From an uncultured delta proteobacterium (GTDB taxonomy: Bacteria; Desulfobacterota; Desulfomonilia; UBA1062): 64,000 nucleotides of DNA. Below, piece by piece: positions 20,140 through 29,505 of this stretch (positions within the stretch are counted from its first letter, which is position 1; the number at the start of each line of letters is the position of its first letter). The position numbers and the translations under genes were made by a program. Under the pieces are notes generated by a model. That model saw only the letters and a list, made by a program, of their open reading frames with translations. It had not been told where the DNA came from and made no database searches. The stretch spans positions 112,043 through 176,042 of the forward strand of contig CAVVYZ010000022.1 in the NCBI GenBank assembly GCA_963752595.1, read 5' to 3'.

Positions 20140-20436
20140 ATGAAGACCGTCGCCATCACTTTTCTTTTAACCCTTATTCTTTCCTCACCGATCCATGCAT
20201 TTATGAAATCGGCAACTGAATATGCGATAGCGAGTGCAGAGCAGAATATCATTCCCCGGAACCTATCGGATGACCTTGATAAAGATCCGGGCAGTAAGGT
20301 TGACAAGCCCCTCGTCGTAATCCTGGGAGATGCCGGGGAAGTATATTTCCTTTTCATGAACCAGCTTTTCGGTCTTCACAAAAACGATGAGGCCCTTCTT
20401 CCATGCAGCACCCCTCTCCAAAAATCTTTTAATTGA
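20140..20436 (+). CDS. Small hypothetical exported protein
   Basis: RBS GGGAGG; signal peptide ending IHA; no recognisable domain. Confidence 0.55.
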   Translation: MKTVAITFLLTLILSSPIHAFMKSATEYAIASAEQNIIPRNLSDDLDKDPGSKVDKPLVVILGDAGEVYFLFMNQLFGLHKNDEALLPCSTPLQKSFN

Positions 20437-20478
20437 GAAAAATGAAGCTGATAAAGTATCTTATCTCCCCCCATCATC

Positions 20479-20683
20479 TTACATCTGCACCGGCTTTCTT
20501 CGGTAGTCCGTCAGTACTTTATCATAGTTACTCTGTGCAACAACCCAGGTGATGCATTTAAGACACAGGCCATCCGCTCTGACCTCGTATAATCAATACC
20601 TTATAACCTGGCCTACATCTTGCTGTTACTTGGGCATGGAGATTTTTCAGGACATCAGATATGTATTGACAGAGGTCCCGCAT
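20479..20683 (-). CDS. Possible small hypothetical protein (needs one frameshift)
   Basis: RBS AAAGGAG before ATG 20683. MRDLCQYISDVLKNLH... either stops after about 41 codons or joins ...GLCLKCITW...KPVQM*. Confidence 0.3.
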
Positions 20684-20830
20684 GCGGTCTCCTTTGTCTT
20701 TTTCTTTATCATATCCCTCTGCCTTTGCCTCAAACGAGCCTGATCTTCCGGATCGTACAGATCAGAAAGGCTCATTCCCCGGGGTGAAGGCGAGAATGAT
20801 CCGGAATGCTTCTGGTCATCCTGCGGGTAT

Positions 20831-21250
20831 TCATTCCTTAAGAAAGATATCATGGAAGGTTACCATAGGGCATTTACTTTCCTGAAGATCCGATAACGAA
20901 GCGAAGTCACGGGGTTTCGATCTTGCATGATCATACCATGCAACGTAAAGCATCACCTGTTTCCCCAGGGGAATATCACTGACCTCCCAGTATCTGTAAA
21001 ATGACACATTACCTTGTAAAATCGGATTTTCAGGATCTTGGTGCCATTCCGGAGACATCTGGGAAGATTCTGCAGGAAGATTTTTCAAGGAGACAAGTTT
21101 TGTATGTGCCAGGATCGAGGCAGTGGTAAGGTCTTCGGAATACCTGTTCGAGCGGATCGATACTATCGAAAATTTCATGTATGAGAGAAAAATGATCATA
21201 ATGACAAGGAGTGCTACCAGCACTTCAAGAAGGCTGAACCCTTTCTTCAT
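20831..21250 (-). CDS. Type IV minor pilin / pseudopilin (PilV-like)
   Basis: Class III signal KKG|FSLLEVLVAL. Confidence 0.85.
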   Translation of the reverse strand: MKKGFSLLEVLVALLVIMIIFLSYMKFSIVSIRSNRYSEDLTTASILAHTKLVSLKNLPAESSQMSPEWHQDPENPILQGNVSFYRYWEVSDIPLGKQVMLYVAWYDHARSKPRDFASLSDLQESKCPMVTFHDIFLKE

Positions 21251-21837
21251 TTTATTATCTCCCATGAGCTTCCGTACCGCCAGATTCTGATGACCCCGGA
21301 GGCGGGCAAGACTCTGATCGCTATGGAGGAGGTATCATTCCGCAGGTAGATGCTGCCGGAATTGCAGCATCCCATGGGTGAGAAGGTGATACGGTTGTCC
21401 GAGAAACTTACTCCGTCATCCGGGAGATCCGTATCATTCGGCCCTTTGTGAGAACGGCAGCCGAAGCGGACCGGTTCACTCAGGGAAAACGGCCCGAGTA
21501 GTCTTTCTCCCGGGTCTATCCGGGAGTCGCCATTCTGGTCGCCATAGCACACCCATGATCCATGGCCAGGGTTGAAGACAATGCGCCACGGATATCCCTG
21601 ATCCATCGCCAGATCCCGTGCCCGGTGAATCATGGTTGCCAGGTGTTCTGTCTGTTGAGATAGTTCCTTACCTGATGTAAGTCTGCTCAAGTTGGGAAAG
21701 GCGAGCGCGGCCAGCAGAGAAATAATACCCAAGACCACGAGCAGTTCGAGAAGATTGAAGCCCCTTTCCTTTGATCCCTGTGAAATTTTGCCGGATCCGA
21801 CCTGTCCAAATGCAAAAATAGAGCACTTGTCCTGCAT
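21247..21837 (-). CDS. GspH/FimT family pseudopilin
   Basis: RG|FNLLELLVVL, ARDLAM, ITFSPMG...GSIYL. Confidence 0.85.
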   Translation of the reverse strand: MQDKCSIFAFGQVGSGKISQGSKERGFNLLELLVVLGIISLLAALAFPNLSRLTSGKELSQQTEHLATMIHRARDLAMDQGYPWRIVFNPGHGSWVCYGDQNGDSRIDPGERLLGPFSLSEPVRFGCRSHKGPNDTDLPDDGVSFSDNRITFSPMGCCNSGSIYLRNDTSSIAIRVLPASGVIRIWRYGSSWEIIK

Positions 21838-21961
21838 TTTTCAGTGAGAATTATCCCCTCCTCAATACCATATCAATACATCATGATACTCATGTATACA
21901 CCGGATCTGGGTAAAATACCAGGATTTATCAAGATCAATTGTATCAGGAAGATAAAGGATA

Positions 21962-22456
21962 TTATTTCATCGATGAAAAGGCTATCGATGGCTCCCCCTG
22001 TTCATTCATTACCAATATCCCGTTTTCCAGAAGTAATGCAGCGGTTACCCCGACACCCTGAATTCTTCCTTCCTGCGACCGCACCTGATTCGTTCCGCAT
22101 GAAGGGCTTCCTTCCTTGAACACAGCCCGGCTTATATTGAGGACATACGCCAGTTCCAGGACATGCATGGCGCCATTGATAAAGGATCCGGTAACGTTGA
22201 CCCCATCGGCATTTACGATTCGAGCCCTTTCTTTCAGAACATCCCGGCCGTCGCCACTGACAAAACATGCGGTCGGCCGTGGAGTAGGCAGTCCGCCGAG
22301 CCTTTCCGGACAGACAGGAACAGGCGTAAAATTCTTTGATGAAAGAATTCCTTTACAGGGTTTCGCTTTCCCGTCATACCGGCAGTTGATGCCCAGGAGG
22401 CAGGCACTGACCAGGACCGGGCCTTCTAGATATCCAAAGGGGGATTTACAAGGCAT
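21962..22456 (-). CDS. DUF523 (TudS-like 2-thiouracil desulfidase family) protein
   Basis: VSACLLGINCRYDG, VCPE..GGLPTPR, KEGSPSCG. Confidence 0.88.
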   Translation of the reverse strand: MPCKSPFGYLEGPVLVSACLLGINCRYDGKAKPCKGILSSKNFTPVPVCPERLGGLPTPRPTACFVSGDGRDVLKERARIVNADGVNVTGSFINGAMHVLELAYVLNISRAVFKEGSPSCGTNQVRSQEGRIQGVGVTAALLLENGILVMNEQGEPSIAFSSMK

Positions 22457-23079
22457 AGGGACTCATCCTTCTCAAGCCCTTGAATGAAGACCTTTCTGCC
22501 CACGATGTCGAGCCTTCCCTGAGCAAAGAGCTGTAAGGCCTTGGGATATATTTTATGCTCAAGGGCAAGGATCCTGTTTTTCAGGTCTTCTTCCGCATCA
22601 TCCGGATATACAGGCACTACGGCCTGAATGATGATGGGGCCGGTATCTACCCCTGCATCAACGAAATGCACGGTACAGCCTGAAAAACGGACGCCATGGT
22701 CTATGGCCTTCTGCCTTACCCCGAGGCCGGGGAAAGAGGGAAGCAGCGCAGGATGGATATTTATCACCCTTCCGGGGAATTCCTGGAGAAATCCCTGGGT
22801 GAGGACCCGCATGAAGCCGGCGAGGGCGATGAGATCCACCTGGTATTCGTGGAGGATTCGTACGAGCTCACGGTCAAATTTTTCCCGGTCCGGGTATGTG
22901 CTGTGGGGGACGACGGCGGCGGGTATTGATTTCTGTTCAGCCCTTTTCAGGGCGAACGCCTCTGATGTGTTGCTGATGACCACAGCTACGCGGCCGTCAA
23001 TCTCACCCCGCTCGCAGGCATCCATGATCGACTGCAGGTTGGACCCGCTTCCGGATACCAGCACGCCTATCCGTATCAC
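22426..23079 (-). CDS. purN: Phosphoribosylglycinamide formyltransferase
   Basis: SGSGSNLQ, LAGFMR, NIHPALLP, VDTGPII. Confidence 0.97.
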   Translation of the reverse strand: MIRIGVLVSGSGSNLQSIMDACERGEIDGRVAVVISNTSEAFALKRAEQKSIPAAVVPHSTYPDREKFDRELVRILHEYQVDLIALAGFMRVLTQGFLQEFPGRVINIHPALLPSFPGLGVRQKAIDHGVRFSGCTVHFVDAGVDTGPIIIQAVVPVYPDDAEEDLKNRILALEHKIYPKALQLFAQGRLDIVGRKVFIQGLEKDESLCLVNPPLDI

Positions 23080-23089
23080 TTAGGCCCTC

Positions 23090-24130
23090 CTACTCTTCGA
23101 AAACAACCGGGGCCTCTCCCTTTTTCAATGTCCTCACATACCCGATCACACTTGCAGATTCTTTCAGGCCTTTGAGTCGCAGAAGCACGTCCTCTGCATC
23201 TTTTTCAGCCACGATAAGCACCATGCCGATGCCCATGTTGAACGTCCGGTACATCTCAAGATCTTCGATCCTTCCGAGATCCTGGATAAACGTGAATATG
23301 GGGGGTACCTGCCAGGAGTTTTTCTTTATTACAACGCCGGTCCGCGCTGATAAAACCCTTGGGATATTATCGATGAACCCGCCGCCCGTGATATGGACGA
23401 TCCCTTTGATCTCAAACGCCCGGAGCAGGTTCAGAATGCTTTTTACATAGATTTTTGTCGGAGTCAGGAGCTCTTCTGCAAGGGTTTTGCCGATGTCTTC
23501 GACATAATCATCGATCTTCATCCGAGCCCTGTCGAAAAGGACCTTCCGCACCAGAGAGAAACCGTTGCTGTGAACACCTGAGGACTGCACCCCGATGACA
23601 ACGTCTTTTGCGGAGACCCTCGAACCGTCGATGATCTTATCGCTGTCGACTATTCCTACACCGAACCCGGCGATATCATATTCACCATCACTATAGATTC
23701 CCGGCATTTCGGCGGTTTCACCGCCGATCAGAGCGCAACCTGCCTCTTTGCACCCTTTGGCCATGCCGGTAACGATTGTTTTTGACCGCTCCACATCGAG
23801 CTTACCGGTCGCCAGATAATCAAGGAAGAAAAGCGGGGTCGCACCATCAACGACGATGTCGTTCACGACCATGGCCACGAGATCTATGCCGATAAATTCA
23901 TGATTGTCTGCCATAAGGGCGATCTTGATCTTCGTTCCTACCCCGTCGGTGGAAGAAACGAGAACCGGATCTTTGAAGTTTCCAACGTCCAGCTTGAATA
24001 AACCGGCAAATCCTCCGATCCCGCCAAGGACTTCAGGCCCGTATGTGGATTTGATGACGGATTTAATCCCTTTGATAAAGAGATTCTGCTTATCGATATC
24101 AACGCCAGCTTCTTTATATGTCAATGACAT
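23090..24130 (-). CDS. purM: Phosphoribosylformylglycinamidine cyclo-ligase
   Basis: YKEAGVDI, TDGVGTK, GGETAEMPG, HSNGFSL, TFNMGIG. Confidence 0.97.
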   Translation of the reverse strand: MSLTYKEAGVDIDKQNLFIKGIKSVIKSTYGPEVLGGIGGFAGLFKLDVGNFKDPVLVSSTDGVGTKIKIALMADNHEFIGIDLVAMVVNDIVVDGATPLFFLDYLATGKLDVERSKTIVTGMAKGCKEAGCALIGGETAEMPGIYSDGEYDIAGFGVGIVDSDKIIDGSRVSAKDVVIGVQSSGVHSNGFSLVRKVLFDRARMKIDDYVEDIGKTLAEELLTPTKIYVKSILNLLRAFEIKGIVHITGGGFIDNIPRVLSARTGVVIKKNSWQVPPIFTFIQDLGRIEDLEMYRTFNMGIGMVLIVAEKDAEDVLLRLKGLKESASVIGYVRTLKKGEAPVVFEE

Positions 24131-24290
24131 GGGTAACCCCCCTTACGCACATCTTCCTACTATAGTATCCTTCTTCTAGTCAATTATGCTTTCTGATGAA
24201 TCCGATTTTTCCTGATGGAAATTAGTTTTGGATTAAGGCAGATGAATCGCGGGCTCGATTCCGGGACTAGCCGCAGGCTGGTATTCTGAT

Positions 24291-24332
24291 AAAAAAATAG
24301 GGATGGCGCCTGGGCAAGGGAACGGCCATCCC
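24291..24332 (-). terminator. Rho-independent terminator
   Basis: Minus strand GGGATGGC...GCCATCCC followed by TATTTTTTT. Confidence 0.75.
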
Positions 24333-24446
24333 GAAGAGGAGGTTTTTTGCTATGAAGATCTTTTATCGATGAGACTGAAGGACGGTTACCTCCTTATTTC
24401 GGTTTCCTCCAGTCCGGATTATATCGCTTGATATCGATTCATATGC
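24291..24446 (-). ncRNA. Candidate sigma54-dependent structured small RNA (about 155 nt)
   Basis: Lies between a -24/-12 promoter and a terminator with no usable ORF. 10-bp stem GACUGGAGGA/UCCUUCAGUC with AAGGAGGU in the loop; outer UAUGAA/UUCAUA pairing; anti-SD ACCUCCU before the terminator. Confidence 0.5.
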
Positions 24447-24457
24447 CCACTCATTAT

Positions 24458-24472
24458 TCAATTGGCATGCCA
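24458..24472 (-). promoter_or_regulatory. sigma54 (-24/-12) promoter, divergent from the sensor kinase
   Basis: TGGCAT-GCCAA-TTGA versus consensus TGGCAC-N5-TTGC. Confidence 0.6.
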
Positions 24473-24569
24473 AACTGATCACCTGGCAGCTATCCCATTG
24501 TATTAACATTATATCCATCTTTCGATGAAGGTATTTATTGCACCAGTACGATAAACCCGGCAGGATGAA

Positions 24570-24618
24570 TGTATAATACCTATACAATCCAAGGATACAC
24601 ACGTATACAGAATATACA
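24570..24618. promoter_or_regulatory. Two tandem enhancer (UAS)-like palindromes
   Basis: TGTATA-N5-TATACA (24570-24586) and CGTATA-N5-TATACA (24602-24618), about 100-150 bp from the minus-strand sigma54 promoter. Confidence 0.65.
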
Positions 24619-24670
24619 GTTTTATGAAGCATCTTATCGAGACAGGAAGGCAAGGCCATCATGGAGCGTT

Positions 24671-24685
24671 TGGCATGAGATTTGT
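24671..24685 (+). promoter_or_regulatory. Possible sigma54 promoter for the two-component operon
   Basis: TGGCAT-GAGAT-TTGT, ending about 30 bp before ATG 24714. Confidence 0.45.
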
Positions 24686-24713
24686 TAATTACTCAGGCGA
24701 GAATATTCATGGA

Positions 24714-26465
24714 ATGAAAGATAAGAGTACAGACCGGAATTGGATCCGCATGTCGCCCTGGGTCATCGTGGGTGCCTTTATCGTTTTGGTGCCGATCTTC
24801 GCCTTCATGACCGTGAAGACGATCAGAACCCAGCAGGATAATATGATCATGCTGCTTCGTGAGAAAGGCGACGCCCTCATCCGGTCTTTTGAAGCCGGCA
24901 CCAGGACGGGTATGGTGGGATTCAACTGGAGCTGGGTTCAGGTCCAGAGGCTTATCATGGAAACCGCAGAGCAGCCGGATATCCTTTACATACTCATTAC
25001 GGATGTACAGGGAAAGATCATTGCCCATAACCAGCCTATGCATATCGGAAAAACCCATGGGACAGGCCTCGATCTTACGGCTGTCGGCGATAAGATCCAG
25101 TCACGCCGGATAATAAGGTCCGATGGAAAGCCCATCTTCGAAGTCTACAGAAGGTTCGTTCCCTCAAGGGGAAGACTGCTTTCTCACAGCAGTCGTATCT
25201 TACCGGAAGAATGGTTCATCAATCATATATTCCCACAGGAATTCAAACAGCCGGCTCTGACGATATTTGTCGGGCTCGATATGGATCCCATCGTGAAAAC
25301 GACACGGGAAAACACCCTCCAGAGCATCCTCATAGCAGTTATACTCCTTTTGATAGGCTTTTCAGGGATTGTATCCATAATCATCGCCTACAACTACCGT
25401 ATTGCGCGGATGAGCCTTTCGAGGATCAAGGCCTTCTCGGATAACATTGTGGAAAACATCCCGGTAGGTCTTATTTTTATCGGTGAAAACCGTAAGCTCA
25501 TCACCATGAACAATGCTTCTGAAGATATGCTGAAGCTCTCCTCCCAGGACATACAGAATGAGCATGCAGAAGACATTCTTCCTCCTCAGATTAACGAGCT
25601 TTTCGATCAGGCGCTGAAGTCGCCGACCGTATTCATCAAAGAGATCGACATCCCGATCCAGGGAAAGAATATGCTGTTTGAAACCAGTACGAGCGTATTG
25701 TACGACGACAACAATATTTTTCTGGGATACATAATGCTCCTGAGGGACACCACGGAGATCCAGCACCTGAAGAAAGAAGTGTTGAGGAAGGAACGGCTCG
25801 CGTCTCTGGGAAGCCTTGCTGCCGGAGTCGCACATGAGATAAGGAATCCTTTAAGCTCTATCAAGGGGTTTGCAACGTATTTCAAGGAACGGTACCGTGA
25901 TGTGCCGGAAGACCAGAAAACCGCTGATATCATGATCAGAGAGGTTGAACGCCTCAACAGGGTCATCAGTCAGCTTCTGGAATTTGCCAGGCCGATGAAT
26001 GTGGTTCAGAAACAGGCAAGCGTGAAGGACACGATCCGTCATTCCATCGAGATGATAAAACATCAGGCCGATGCTAAGGAAATCGAGATCATTGCCGACA
26101 GCATCTCCAATGTGCCCCTTATCGCGAATATCGATCAGGATAAAATTACCCAGGTCCTGCTCAACGTCTATCTGAATGCGATAGAAGCGATGGACAGCAG
26201 GGGTGTTCTCGAAATATGGACAGAGCAGGACGAGGTAAATTCGAATATCATCGTGAATATCTCCGATACCGGCCAGGGGATACCGAAACAGGACCTGAGC
26301 AGGGTTTTTGATCCCTATTTCACCACGAAACAGTCAGGTACCGGCCTCGGCCTCGCCATTGTACACAAGATCATGGAGGCCCATGCAGGTCAGGTGAAAA
26401 TATCCAGCAGAGAAAGCCAGGGCACGACGGTGTCCATCATTTTGCCCTCCAGAGGAAAGGAATAA
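24714..26465 (+). CDS. Membrane sensor histidine kinase (ZraS/HydH-like)
   Basis: Two TM helices, periplasmic domain, PAS, AGVAHEIRNPL H-box, DTGQG/FDPYFTTK/GTGLGL. Confidence 0.92.
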   Translation: MKDKSTDRNWIRMSPWVIVGAFIVLVPIFAFMTVKTIRTQQDNMIMLLREKGDALIRSFEAGTRTGMVGFNWSWVQVQRLIMETAEQPDILYILITDVQGKIIAHNQPMHIGKTHGTGLDLTAVGDKIQSRRIIRSDGKPIFEVYRRFVPSRGRLLSHSSRILPEEWFINHIFPQEFKQPALTIFVGLDMDPIVKTTRENTLQSILIAVILLLIGFSGIVSIIIAYNYRIARMSLSRIKAFSDNIVENIPVGLIFIGENRKLITMNNASEDMLKLSSQDIQNEHAEDILPPQINELFDQALKSPTVFIKEIDIPIQGKNMLFETSTSVLYDDNNIFLGYIMLLRDTTEIQHLKKEVLRKERLASLGSLAAGVAHEIRNPLSSIKGFATYFKERYRDVPEDQKTADIMIREVERLNRVISQLLEFARPMNVVQKQASVKDTIRHSIEMIKHQADAKEIEIIADSISNVPLIANIDQDKITQVLLNVYLNAIEAMDSRGVLEIWTEQDEVNSNIIVNISDTGQGIPKQDLSRVFDPYFTTKQSGTGLGLAIVHKIMEAHAGQVKISSRESQGTTVSIILPSRGKE

Positions 26466-26466
26466 T

Positions 26467-27819
26467 ATGAATATAAGCAGGGACATTCTCGTCGTGGATG
26501 ATGACTTGGGTCATCGCACCATGCTCAAAACACTATTGTCCGGATGGGGCTACCACGTGACGGAGGCCGATGACGGTTCGAGCGCCATCGAAACAGTCCG
26601 GAACAAGCCGTTCGATCTTATCCTGATGGATATCCGTATGGTCAAGGTATCAGGTCTTGAGGCATTGAGCGTGATCAAAAGCATAAACCCTGCCATTCCC
26701 GTCATCATCATCACCGCCTTCTCATCGGTGGAGACAGCCATCGAAGCCATGAAAAAAGGTGCTTACGAGTATCTGACAAAACCGCTCGACTTCGAAGAGA
26801 TGCGCATGAAAATGGAGAAGGCCATGGATCATAACCGGCTCAAGCAGGAAAACCGCATCCTCAGAGAAATCATCGGGGAACACTTTGATGCCCGCAACAT
26901 CATCGGCAAGAGCCCTCTGATGATCCGCCTCCTCGAAACCACCTCAAAGGCTGCTTCGTCGGAAGCGACCGTTCTGATCATGGGCGAAAGCGGAACAGGC
27001 AAAGAAATGATAGCAGGAGCGATCCATTTCAACAGTTCAAGAAAAGACAACTCTTTCATAAAGCTCAACTGTGCAGCCATTTCCGAAGGTCTCCTGGAAT
27101 CGGAGCTGTTCGGACATGAAAAGGGTGCTTTTACCGGAGCTATCAGGAGGAGAGACGGACGGTTCAGCCAGGCACATCTCGGCACCTTGTTCCTGGACGA
27201 GATAAGCGAGATGTCCATGGCCATGCAGGCGAAGCTGCTCCGGGTAATCCAGGAAAAAGAGATGACCAGGGTCGGCGGAGAAGAGGTAATTTCTGTGGAT
27301 GTGAGGCTCATTGCAGCAACCAACCGGGATCTTCTCTCCCAGGTTCAGAAGGGAAATTTCAGGGAAGATCTCTACTACCGCCTCAATGTCATCACTTTGA
27401 AAGTTCCTCCGCTCAGACAGCGCCGGGAGGATATACCCCTCCTCGCAGAAAATTTCCTCAAGATGTTTTCCGAGAAGAATACAAAGCATATTAAAGGCTT
27501 CACACCTCAGGCGATGGACAGGATCATCAGGTATAACTGGCCCGGCAATGTCAGGGAGCTGATGAATACCGTTGAAAGTGCTGTGGTGCTTTCGAGTACG
27601 GATTACTTGAGCTTCGATGATCTGCCCCTGCTGCCCGATGAATTACCTGCCCAGCCGCCGGCAGGTCATTTCCCGACGGATCTGCCTCTGGATGAAGTCG
27701 AAAAGTCAACCATACTCAAAACTCTGGAGGTATCCCACGGGAATAAGAGCGAAGCTTCCCGGAGGCTCGGCATAACCCGCGCCACGCTGCATAAGAAGCT
27801 GAAGAAATACGGGGTATAA
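26467..27819 (+). CDS. sigma54-dependent response regulator (ZraR/NtrC-like)
   Basis: Receiver domain, GESGTGKE, GAFTGA, LFLDEI, WPGNVREL, Fis-type HTH. Confidence 0.95.
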   Translation: MNISRDILVVDDDLGHRTMLKTLLSGWGYHVTEADDGSSAIETVRNKPFDLILMDIRMVKVSGLEALSVIKSINPAIPVIIITAFSSVETAIEAMKKGAYEYLTKPLDFEEMRMKMEKAMDHNRLKQENRILREIIGEHFDARNIIGKSPLMIRLLETTSKAASSEATVLIMGESGTGKEMIAGAIHFNSSRKDNSFIKLNCAAISEGLLESELFGHEKGAFTGAIRRRDGRFSQAHLGTLFLDEISEMSMAMQAKLLRVIQEKEMTRVGGEEVISVDVRLIAATNRDLLSQVQKGNFREDLYYRLNVITLKVPPLRQRREDIPLLAENFLKMFSEKNTKHIKGFTPQAMDRIIRYNWPGNVRELMNTVESAVVLSSTDYLSFDDLPLLPDELPAQPPAGHFPTDLPLDEVEKSTILKTLEVSHGNKSEASRRLGITRATLHKKLKKYGV

Positions 27820-27829
27820 AAAAAGAGGA

Positions 27830-28465
27830 TCAGAAATCCTCAGGCAAATCAGGGAAGAAAACGGAAAGCTCCTTCAGGAAGTCGTCTTTGCCCCTGAAAA
27901 AAATGGCATGGAGGCCCATTTCCCTCGCCCTCTCCACATGCCCCTCCGTATCGTCCACAAACAGGGCCTCGCCGGGTTCAAGCTTCAGGATCTTGAGTAC
28001 ATCGGGAAAAATCGTTCTGTCTTTCTTGCTTTTTCCGAGATGATAACTGTTGAATACCTGCTCGAAGAGGCCGAAGATCTTCATATGCGTTTCCAGTTCA
28101 TCGAGCCAGTTGGTCTGGTCGCTCAGGATGGCAAGCCTTATTTCTTTTCCTTTGAGCCGTTCAATGACCTTGAGCATCCACTCCCTTACCGTGAAACCCT
28201 TGAGGATGATGTTTCTCAACTCGGCATCGGTTTTTTTAATCCCGGTCTCTTTCCTCATGGTTTCCCAAAAATATTCTTCCGTACCTCTCCCGGTGAGGTA
28301 TCCGGTTTCATGGATGATTTCCCGTGCCTTTTCTACGAACGATTCTCCGTCAAGGCCGCTCTTTGCGGCTATCTCCAACAAGCCGTTCCTGAACCCCTCA
28401 TCCGCGATCACGCCGCCGAAATCAAACAATGCTGCTTTGATTTTATGTCCTCTCACCGCTGTCAT
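27830..28465 (-). CDS. HAD family phosphatase
   Basis: LFDFGGV, ILSD, K, FVDD motifs. Confidence 0.85.
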   Translation of the reverse strand: MTAVRGHKIKAALFDFGGVIADEGFRNGLLEIAAKSGLDGESFVEKAREIIHETGYLTGRGTEEYFWETMRKETGIKKTDAELRNIILKGFTVREWMLKVIERLKGKEIRLAILSDQTNWLDELETHMKIFGLFEQVFNSYHLGKSKKDRTIFPDVLKILKLEPGEALFVDDTEGHVERAREMGLHAIFFRGKDDFLKELSVFFPDLPEDF

Positions 28466-28474
28466 CCATCCCTT

Positions 28475-29424
28475 CTACAGACCAAGAATATATCCCTTGA
28501 ACACAAAAAGCAAAGGCAGCACGAGGAAGATAAAGATAAGGGTGTTCACTACGAAAAGGTTTGCAGTGAGCTTTGTATCCAGATGAAACAGCACTGAAGC
28601 AACCACCGAATAGATGGCTGCCGGCATGAATGATTCTAACCGGATGACCGATTCAATCTGCCTGTCGATCTCGAGGATGGCGAGAACCGCGGCTGTAAGA
28701 GCAGGTACTATCATGAACTTGATAAGGGAAAGGGTAATGTTTTCTCTCAAGAATAGGAAAATATTCGATACACTGAAATTCATGCCCATGCTGAAATAAT
28801 AGAGGGCTATCGAGATGAGCATCAACGCATCGATCGGGAAGAAAAAGAAGGCCTGGCCAGATGAAATGCCTTGAATATCAACCCCAGGAGCACGGCAAAA
28901 AGTGGCATGTTCTGAAGGTCGAATACATGACTCCATATCATCATGCCGTGCTGATCCTCCTGAAGTGATGATACTGACCTGGCGTAGGGGAAAATAACGG
29001 TGAACACAAAGAGCATGAAATAGGACAGGAAAAGAAATGCAAGGCCGAGCCCCCTCTCGCCAAGAAAGAGGTAGCAGAGGAAAGCACCCATGGTGAACCC
29101 ATGATTGGCTATGGATGAACTGATGAGGAAACTTGCCCGCGATTTTCCCTCCAAAGGCACAACAGCCATCATCATCCTGCCTGCAGCCATTCCTATGAGG
29201 ACGAGAAACAGGCCGGATATGGGGAGGATGATGACATCCCAGCTGAAATCAAGACCCCATATGCTCCAGAGCGCGATGCACGGCTCGATAAAGATGAGAT
29301 TGAACCTGATGAGCTTTCTTGAAGACAACCTGCCGGCGGGGATCCTGTTTTTGAGAATCATCCCTGCCACAAAGGGGAAGACGATCATGCATTGAAACAG
29401 GATAAATCGAGCATGAGCACTCAT
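28475..29424 (-). CDS. AEC (auxin efflux carrier) family transporter (frameshift near 28845)
   Basis: Two hydrophobic ORFs join at a T-run; ANHGFTMG, KFMIVP, MPAAI motifs. Confidence 0.75.
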
Positions 29425-29505
29425 GGAAACCCATCCTTACCGATGGAGTACCCCTTAAGCCAAGCCTAAAGGGTATCATCTGAATGAAGATTAAATGTAT
29501 CGATA

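Noticed and set aside
24247-24275. GCGGGCTCGATTCCGGG, resembling a tRNA T-arm or att remnant
   Set aside because: Too short; no acceptor stem, CCA or integrase nearby.
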